Positions 58,089 to 64,000 of a stretch of DNA of 64,000 bases are shown piece after piece (position 1 is the first letter of the stretch; every line of letters starts with the position of its first letter). A model generated the notes under the pieces. It was not told the origin of the DNA. It saw only the letters and a program-made list of their open reading frames with translations, and did no database searches. Where the stretch lies: contig OZ242010.1 of the NCBI GenBank assembly GCA_965204745.1, positions 416,001 to 480,000 of the forward strand. Direction: 5' to 3'. A program made the position numbers and the translations under genes. Source of the DNA: Candidatus Latescibacterota bacterium (GTDB lineage Bacteria; Latescibacterota; UBA2968).

Positions 58089-59273
58089 GGCGTTGTTGCA
58101 TAAATGTTGTCGTGGCTAAGTTCGTCCCTTTCCCGCGAAATTTAAGCCCTTCTTTCTATGGGATAGGACACGGGTTTCGCGATCCTCATCATGCGATTGA
58201 GCACCGCACATCCCAACCGTGCTTCCGTTTCTTGGTTCTTCTTTTTTCGTGCGCGCAACTGCCGCCCAATGAGTTGTTTGTAGCGGCCTATGTGGGTTTC
58301 AACGACCGAGCGACGATGATAGCCACTGGTGCGTTTCCACTGTCGGCGGCCTTGACGCCGGATGGCTCGGATGATTTCATCGCGGGCGAGGGGGGGTGCC
58401 TTCCTGTTTCCGTGTTGTTCAATTTTGGCATCATGGCGCGGGGGAATCAGAGGTCGGATGGGGGCTCCTTGTTTGGGGGCGGCGCATGTGTTGAAGACCT
58501 TGCGTTTGTCATAGCCGCCATCGGCGCCCAGCGTATGGACAGGGGCCGGGACTTGATCGAGCAAGGGGTTGACCTGCGAAGCGTCATCAACGCTTGCCGA
58601 GGTCAGGGTCTGTGCGACAATCTCCCCGGTGGCCTCATCGACGCCGATGTGCAATTTGCGCCAAGTCCGGCGCTTGCAAAAGCCGTGTTGACGCACCTTC
58701 CATTCGCCTTCGCCATACACTTTCAGGCCGGTAGAATCCACCACCAAGTGGATCGGCTCGTGACGGGATTGGACAGGTAAATCCACGTTCAAATCGCCCT
58801 GTCGCCGGCAGAGGGTCGTGTGATCGGGCACACGCAAATCCACCCCCATCAATGCCAGGATGGACTTGAGAAACCCCTCGGTTTGACGCAGGGGCAAGGC
58901 ATAGACCAAGCGCACCATCAATGCCGTTTGAATAGCCAAATCTGAAAAGGTGTTTTGCCGCCCCCGTTGCGTTGGCCCTTGATGGTACCAGTTCCGAAGG
59001 GCTTGCGGCGTGATCCAAAACGTCAGACTGCCCCGCTGCTTGAGACCGGCCTCGTAGGCCGCCCAGTTCCTAACCCGATAGACAGGCGCACAGCGCGGGC
59101 GACGCGGGCGACGCGGGGACTTGACGGCGGGTTTGGAAGCGGTTATCTTGGGCATGACAGGTTCCTGGTGAGAAAGGGTGAGTTGTTTTGGTGATCTATA
59201 TGCCCAATCTACGAAGGAGCCTGTCTTTTTGCAATCCCAACTTGCAGGAAATTGCTATTTATGCAACAACGCC
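58089..59273 (-). mobile_element. Complete IS5-family (IS903 group) element, 1185 bp
   Basis: 17-bp perfect TIR GGCGTTGTTGCATAAAT; 9-bp TSD GTTTCACAT at 58080-58088 and 59274-59282. Confidence 0.95.
58142..59155 (-). CDS. IS903-like DDE transposase
   Basis: NWAAYEAGLKQRGSLTFW, DSTGLKVYGEGEW, ADGGYD, YHRRSVVET. Confidence 0.95.
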   Translation of the reverse strand: MPKITASKPAVKSPRRPRRPRCAPVYRVRNWAAYEAGLKQRGSLTFWITPQALRNWYHQGPTQRGRQNTFSDLAIQTALMVRLVYALPLRQTEGFLKSILALMGVDLRVPDHTTLCRRQGDLNVDLPVQSRHEPIHLVVDSTGLKVYGEGEWKVRQHGFCKRRTWRKLHIGVDEATGEIVAQTLTSASVDDASQVNPLLDQVPAPVHTLGADGGYDKRKVFNTCAAPKQGAPIRPLIPPRHDAKIEQHGNRKAPPLARDEIIRAIRRQGRRQWKRTSGYHRRSVVETHIGRYKQLIGRQLRARKKKNQETEARLGCAVLNRMMRIAKPVSYPIERRA

Positions 59274-59981
59274 GTTTCACATAGTAAAATTCGAAGATCC
59301 GTTACTCAAGACCAAGCTGGCCGAGCGTGCCAAAGAAATCTTTGATCTGGAAATGAAGTTGCGCCGTGTATTGTCGATTATCTATTTACATGCTTACCAA
59401 AGTGAAGAGCCATATAACCTGCTACGAGATGAGACAACCAAGACAAGAACCCAAGGCTTGAAACCTCAACAGATGAAATCAGCAACTGAGAATCAGTTCT
59501 TTCATGTTACCTTCAGCCAATATATTCAGTTGAACCAGCGTCGAAAATTCAACGTAGATGACATCTTGGAGTTCGTCCGCGATGCTAAGAAATACAACGC
59601 TTTCCGTGTCAAAATTATCCGAGAACCGATTGAAAACACTGAGGATGCCGACTTGCTAGAAGATCTTAAAACAATTATGGATCCCATTGAGCAAATGCGA
59701 AACTGTGTGGCCCATAACCGCCAACCTTCCCAACGATTAACTGGGAACTACATCAATGCGTGTTCGGAATTGAAAGAACGGCTGGATCAATACTTGGAAC
59801 AATGGGAGATCCAGTAGTAATTTTTAGAAGGGCTTTCATCATACGCCCGTGTTTATGGATTGTGCTCGTTGCATTGTTGGGTGGTTGTAGCAACACTGCC
59901 GCCTACAATACCGTCTGACGCCACGGCGCGATATGCGCTTTTGTGGTTGGGGACTGACAACTGACAACTGACAACTGCCTC

Positions 59982-60488
59982 ATGAAAATCGACCTCAGAG
60001 ACATACGCGAAGGCGAAACCGAACTTGCGTTTGAAGAAAGGCCCGCGGACTTGCACCTGACCGGTGAAGACGCCCACGTTGAAGGCGCGATCAACACCCG
60101 CCTCGTCGTGTACAAATTTGGCGCGTCCCTCTCGGCCAAGGGGCAAACCACCTGTCTGGCGCGCCCGGAATGCGCCCGTTGTCTGGAACCCATCGCATTT
60201 CCGATTGATGTCTCATACGCATTCGTCTTCCAAAAAGGTCGCCCAGACATGATGGGCGAAGATGACGACGAGACCCTGATCTGGCTCGACGAAGAACCCG
60301 GGGAAATCGACTTGGGCAATGAGATAAAAGACTACATCTTGCTCGAACTGCCCATGATCCCAACGTGCGCGGCATCGCCCTCCGGCCCTTGCGAACGCTA
60401 TGATCGAGACCTCCATGAATTATTGGAACACCAACGCGAAACCGAAATCGACCCGCGCTGGGAAGCCCTGCGCGCACTCAAAGATTGA
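59982..60488 (+). CDS. yceD: DUF177/YceD protein
   Basis: ECARCL, C-terminal DPRWEAL, upstream of rpmF. Confidence 0.9.
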   Translation: MKIDLRDIREGETELAFEERPADLHLTGEDAHVEGAINTRLVVYKFGASLSAKGQTTCLARPECARCLEPIAFPIDVSYAFVFQKGRPDMMGEDDDETLIWLDEEPGEIDLGNEIKDYILLELPMIPTCAASPSGPCERYDRDLHELLEHQRETEIDPRWEALRALKD

Positions 60489-60503
60489 AATGGCGGAGGC
60501 CTT

Positions 60504-60746
60504 ATGCTCAAAAGGTTCACTCTGGATTTTTGGGTCGATGATGGCTGGTATGTTGGGAAACTCCGCGAAGTTCCCGGCGTATTCAGCCAGGGAAAAACCC
60601 TAAAAGAATTAAAAATAAACATCAAAGATGCTTACGATCTTATGATGCGAGAAACGATGCAGGTACCTGTGGAAAAATTCAGTTCCACTGAACTGGAGAT
60701 GGAAATGTGTCGAATTTGCCAACCGCCAACCGCTAACCCCTCATAG
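60504..60746 (+). CDS. hicB: Solitary HicB-family antitoxin
   Basis: DDGWYVG...VPGVFSQGKTLKEL..NIKDA. Confidence 0.8.
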   Translation: MLKRFTLDFWVDDGWYVGKLREVPGVFSQGKTLKELKINIKDAYDLMMRETMQVPVEKFSSTELEMEMCRICQPPTANPS

Positions 60747-60765
60747 CCTTAAAAAAGGAACTCCC

Positions 60766-60948
60766 ATGGCCAATCCCAAACGAAAAAGTTCGCGTTCTCG
60801 CACCGGGAAACGGCGCGCCAACTGGAAGTTGGGTCAACCCACTTTTAACGAGTGCCCCAACTGCGGGCAACAAAAAATACCCCATCGGGTCTGCGCCGAT
60901 TGCGGGTATTACAATGGGCGCGAAGTGATTGAAACCGACGGATTTTAA
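60766..60948 (+). CDS. rpmF: 50S ribosomal protein L32 (Zn-ribbon form)
   Basis: MANPKRKSS, CPNC, HRVCADCGYY. Confidence 0.95.
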   Translation: MANPKRKSSRSRTGKRRANWKLGQPTFNECPNCGQQKIPHRVCADCGYYNGREVIETDGF

Positions 60949-61012
60949 TCGCCTCCTGACCGGTGGACGATGCTATCTCGCATCGTCAGTGCAACCCTCT
61001 TCAGAATTGCTT

Positions 61013-62008
61013 ATGGACAAACCATTGACTGCCACCATCACCGGGGTCGGGCACTATGTTCCAGAACGACGCCTGACCAATGCGGACCTCGAAAAAATGG
61101 TCGAGACCTCCGACGAGTGGATCACGTCTCGCACGGGCATCGAAGAACGCCGCATCCTCGGCGAGGGCTTGGGCACGTCTCACATGGCCCTCAAATCCCT
61201 GGAATCCATCTTGCGCGACAAGGGCCTTGACGCGCGCGACATCGACCTGATCATCGTCGCGACCATCACCCCGGACATGTTCTTTCCGTCAACCGCCTGC
61301 TTGGTGCAAAACGAAATCGGCGCCACAAAGGCGTGGGCCTTTGACCTGTCGGCGGCTTGCAGTGGGTTTGTGTACGCGCTGGTGGTGGGGGCGCAATTTA
61401 TTGAAACGGGCGTGCATAAGCGCGTGGCCGTCATCGGCGCCGACAAGATGAGTTGCATCACGGATTATACGGACCGCGAGACCTGCGTGCTCTTTGGCGA
61501 TGGCGCGGGCGCGGTGTTGCTCGAACCGGGCGAACCGAGTTTGGGGCTGAAGGATTTTATCCTCCATGCCGACGGTAGCGGCGTGGCCTATTTGCGGCAG
61601 CCCGCGGGGGGCAGCTTGTACCCGGCGTCTCGAAAAACCGTTGACGAAAAAATGCACTACGTCTATCAGGACGGGCGCGAGGTTTTCAAGTTTGCCGTTT
61701 CCAAAATGGCCGAGGTTTCCGCTCAACTTCTCGAACGCAACGGGCTTGTCGGCAAAGACATCGCGCTTTTCGTGCCGCATCAGGCGAACAAGCGCATCAT
61801 CGACGCCTGTGTCAAACGCACGGATTTGCCCAAAGATCGCGTGGTGCTCAACATCGACCGCTACGCCAACACCTCGGCCGCCACCATTCCCATTGGCCTG
61901 TCCGAAGCCGCGGACCAGGGCAGAATTCATCGCGGCGACCATGTGTTGCTCGCCAGCGCCGGTGCGGGATATACCTGGGGCAGTGCCCTGCTTACATGGG
62001 CTTATTAG
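61013..62008 (+). CDS. fabH: 3-oxoacyl-ACP synthase III
   Basis: AACSGF, LFGDGAGA, PHQAN, NTSAA. Confidence 0.95.
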   Translation: MDKPLTATITGVGHYVPERRLTNADLEKMVETSDEWITSRTGIEERRILGEGLGTSHMALKSLESILRDKGLDARDIDLIIVATITPDMFFPSTACLVQNEIGATKAWAFDLSAACSGFVYALVVGAQFIETGVHKRVAVIGADKMSCITDYTDRETCVLFGDGAGAVLLEPGEPSLGLKDFILHADGSGVAYLRQPAGGSLYPASRKTVDEKMHYVYQDGREVFKFAVSKMAEVSAQLLERNGLVGKDIALFVPHQANKRIIDACVKRTDLPKDRVVLNIDRYANTSAATIPIGLSEAADQGRIHRGDHVLLASAGAGYTWGSALLTWAY

Positions 62009-62947
62009 ATGGGCAAAACAGCGTTTCTATTTCCGGGACAAGGGTCGCAATTCGTCGGCATGGGGTATGACCTGTACAGGGCATCAGCAGAAGCGCGCAA
62101 AATTTTTGACCTCGCCGACGATGTGCTCGACACTGACCTCAAATCACTTTGCTTCAACGGCCCTGCCGAGTCCCTCAAACAAACCGCCATCACGCAGCCG
62201 GCCATTTTTGCCCACAGCATGGCCGCGCTCGAAGTGCTCAAACTTCGGGGCGTACAACCCGACTTCGTCGCGGGGCACAGCGTAGGCGAACTCGCCGCGC
62301 TCGTCGCGGCCGGGGTGATGCGCGTCGAAGACGGCTTTCGCGTGGTCCGCGTTCGCGGGTGTGCCATGCAAGTGGCGGGCAAAACCCGGCCCGGCGCGAT
62401 GGCCGCTGTGCTCGGCCTCGACGACGAGGTGTTGATCCGGTTGTGCGACGATCTCAGTTCGTCCGGGCACGTCACGACCGCCAATTTCAACTGCCCGGGG
62501 CAAGTCGTCCTGTCCGGTGAGGAAAACGCGGTTGCAAAAGCACTTGAACACGCCAGCGCGCTAGGGGCCAAACGCGCTGTTCGCCTGCCTGTCAGCGGCG
62601 CGTTTCACTCGGCCCTGATGCAACCGACCATCGCCGCATTGACCGACGTTCTCGCCGACATACCCTTTGCCCGTGCGCGAATCCCCATCATTCCCAATGT
62701 CACGGCCAAACCCACACGCGATCCGGATCGGCTCAAAACCCTGTTGATCGAGCAAGTCATTTCGCCAGTTCGCTGGACCGAATCTATGCAATGCCTCGTA
62801 GCCGAAGGCGTGACCCATGCCCTCGAAGTGGGGCCAGGCACTGTGCTCAAGGGCCTCATGCGCCGCATCGACCGCAAGGTTGTCGTCCGCGAAGCAGGCA
62901 CTTGGGAAGCCATTGAACGAGCGGGAGAGGTAAGACAGGAGAGGTAA
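62009..62947 (+). CDS. fabD: Malonyl-CoA:ACP transacylase
   Basis: FPGQGSQ, GHSVGE, VSGAFHS. Confidence 0.95.
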   Translation: MGKTAFLFPGQGSQFVGMGYDLYRASAEARKIFDLADDVLDTDLKSLCFNGPAESLKQTAITQPAIFAHSMAALEVLKLRGVQPDFVAGHSVGELAALVAAGVMRVEDGFRVVRVRGCAMQVAGKTRPGAMAAVLGLDDEVLIRLCDDLSSSGHVTTANFNCPGQVVLSGEENAVAKALEHASALGAKRAVRLPVSGAFHSALMQPTIAALTDVLADIPFARARIPIIPNVTAKPTRDPDRLKTLLIEQVISPVRWTESMQCLVAEGVTHALEVGPGTVLKGLMRRIDRKVVVREAGTWEAIERAGEVRQER

Positions 62948-63108
62948 GACGGGAGAGGTAAGAGGCGAGAGGCAAGACGGAAGAGGTAAGAGGCGAGACG
63001 GGATTTTAGCCACAAAAGGCACGAGCGGGGTACAACTGGCGATAGCCAGTTCAAAGGCACAAAAGGGGTACAACTGGCGATAGCCAGTTCAAAACACAAA
63101 AGGGGTAG
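62921..63108 (+). repeat. Composite repeat overlapping the fabD 3' end
   Basis: About eleven 7-mers, TTTAGC, 9-mers, 38-mer at 63020-63057 and a hybrid copy. Confidence 0.85.
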
Positions 63109-63146
63109 CCTTTGAATATCCCCTAAACTTTTTTTGAGGTTGTAAA

Positions 63147-64000
63147 ATGGATAAAGGGAATGTTGGCGTGCCGAATTTTCCGAACAGGTCGATCTATATC
63201 GGTGACAACTTGCATGTGATGCGTGGAATGAATGATGCATGCGTGGACTTGATTTATTTGGATCCGCCTTTCAATTCTAATCGCAATTACAGTGCGCCGA
63301 TTGGTTCCGAATCTGCGGGGGCGGCGTTCAAAGATGCGTGGACCAAGAGTGATTTAGATGACGCTTGGGCAGGCAATATCGCAGAGAAATACCCTGCGGT
63401 TTATTCCGTGTGTAAGACGGCTGAACAAGCGCATAGCGATGGGATGTACTCTTATCTCGTTATGATGGCACGGCGTCTTATGGAAATGCACCGCATACTG
63501 AAGCCGACGGGGAGTCTATGGTTGCATTGCGATCCGACGGCGAGTCATTATCTCAAACTCGTGATGGACAGTATTTTGGGAAAAGACAATTTTCGGAATG
63601 AGGTTATTTGGAAGCGCACGTCGTCCAAGAGTGCGGGGCGTAAATTGGGTGCGGTACATGATGTGTTGTTGTGGTATGCAGGGGGCGATGAGCATATCTA
63701 TAATAAGGTCTATGGGTCGCATGATCCTGAATATGTCAGAAAATTTTATCGCTATGAAGACGAGCACGGGCAGTATCGGACGGACAATTTGACGGGGGCA
63801 GGTGTAAGCAATGGCGATTCGGGTCAGCCGTGGCGGGGAATAGACCCTTCGACAAAGGGTAATCATTGGCGGGCACCGGGCACTTTTCCCGTGCATGTGG
63901 AGAAACCCGCAGGGTGGGATTCGATGAAAACGCGGGTCAAATTGGATTTTCTCGATGCCAATGGCCTTATTTATTGGCCGACAAAGCAAGGCGGGGTTCC
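63147..64000 (+). CDS. N4/N6 site-specific DNA methyltransferase (partial, runs off the window)
   Basis: GDNLHVM, DLIYLDPPFNS, RILKPTGS, FRNEVIWKR; SD GAGGT. Confidence 0.9.
   Translation, partial: MDKGNVGVPNFPNRSIYIGDNLHVMRGMNDACVDLIYLDPPFNSNRNYSAPIGSESAGAAFKDAWTKSDLDDAWAGNIAEKYPAVYSVCKTAEQAHSDGMYSYLVMMARRLMEMHRILKPTGSLWLHCDPTASHYLKLVMDSILGKDNFRNEVIWKRTSSKSAGRKLGAVHDVLLWYAGGDEHIYNKVYGSHDPEYVRKFYRYEDEHGQYRTDNLTGAGVSNGDSGQPWRGIDPSTKGNHWRAPGTFPVHVEKPAGWDSMKTRVKLDFLDANGLIYWPTKQGGV

Larger units (their letters stand above)
57811..59817 (+). pseudogene. HEPN-domain protein (270 aa when reconstituted) interrupted by an IS
   Basis: Removing the IS and one TSD restores GHGFH-IVKFED in frame; E(M)KLR and RNCVAH motifs; ATGA overlap with hsdS. 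Confidence 0.8.

Noticed and set aside
1-64000. Integron, DGR, prophage, tRNA or rRNA
   Set aside because: No integrase, attC array, reverse transcriptase, phage structural gene or structured RNA gene was recognised by eye; a covariance-model scan was not possible.

Overview
A GC-rich bacterial chromosomal window. The C-terminal EF-hand/dockerin-like tags, giant GLUG/Calx-beta adhesin and heptad-repeat proteins resemble Ca. Latescibacterota-like host-associated lineages (inference only). The backbone has a TAXI-TRAP transporter, enolase-family and oxidoreductase genes, an ABC exporter, ndk and yceD-rpmF-fabH-fabD. It also has a long minus-strand lipid cluster that looks like a complete peroxisome-type ether-lipid pathway: fatty acyl-CoA reductase, acyltransferase, alkyl-DHAP synthase, DHRS7B-like SDR, lipid kinase and acyl-CoA synthetase. 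Many gene boundaries carry small co-oriented accessory inserts (type I RM, RM+S+HEPN, AAA_21+DUF4276, Fic, DUF6036 pair, RmuC, MazE, HicB, DNA MTase), often ending in 5' gene stubs and bordered by stacked 7-mer, 9-mer, 38-mer and REP-like repeats. Highlights: (1) the ether-lipid cluster; (2) a complete -1 ribosomal frameshift signal joining an HsdR_N-MTase to its specificity subunit, followed by an IS-disrupted HEPN gene; (3) a C20 tract in a translated leader that predicts a three-state switch for a 2201-aa adhesin; (4) a possible cohesin/dockerin adaptor system; (5) an integrase-free type I RM island flanked by 51-bp direct repeats. No rRNA, tRNA or CRISPR array was seen. Family assignments come from motif recognition, not database searches.
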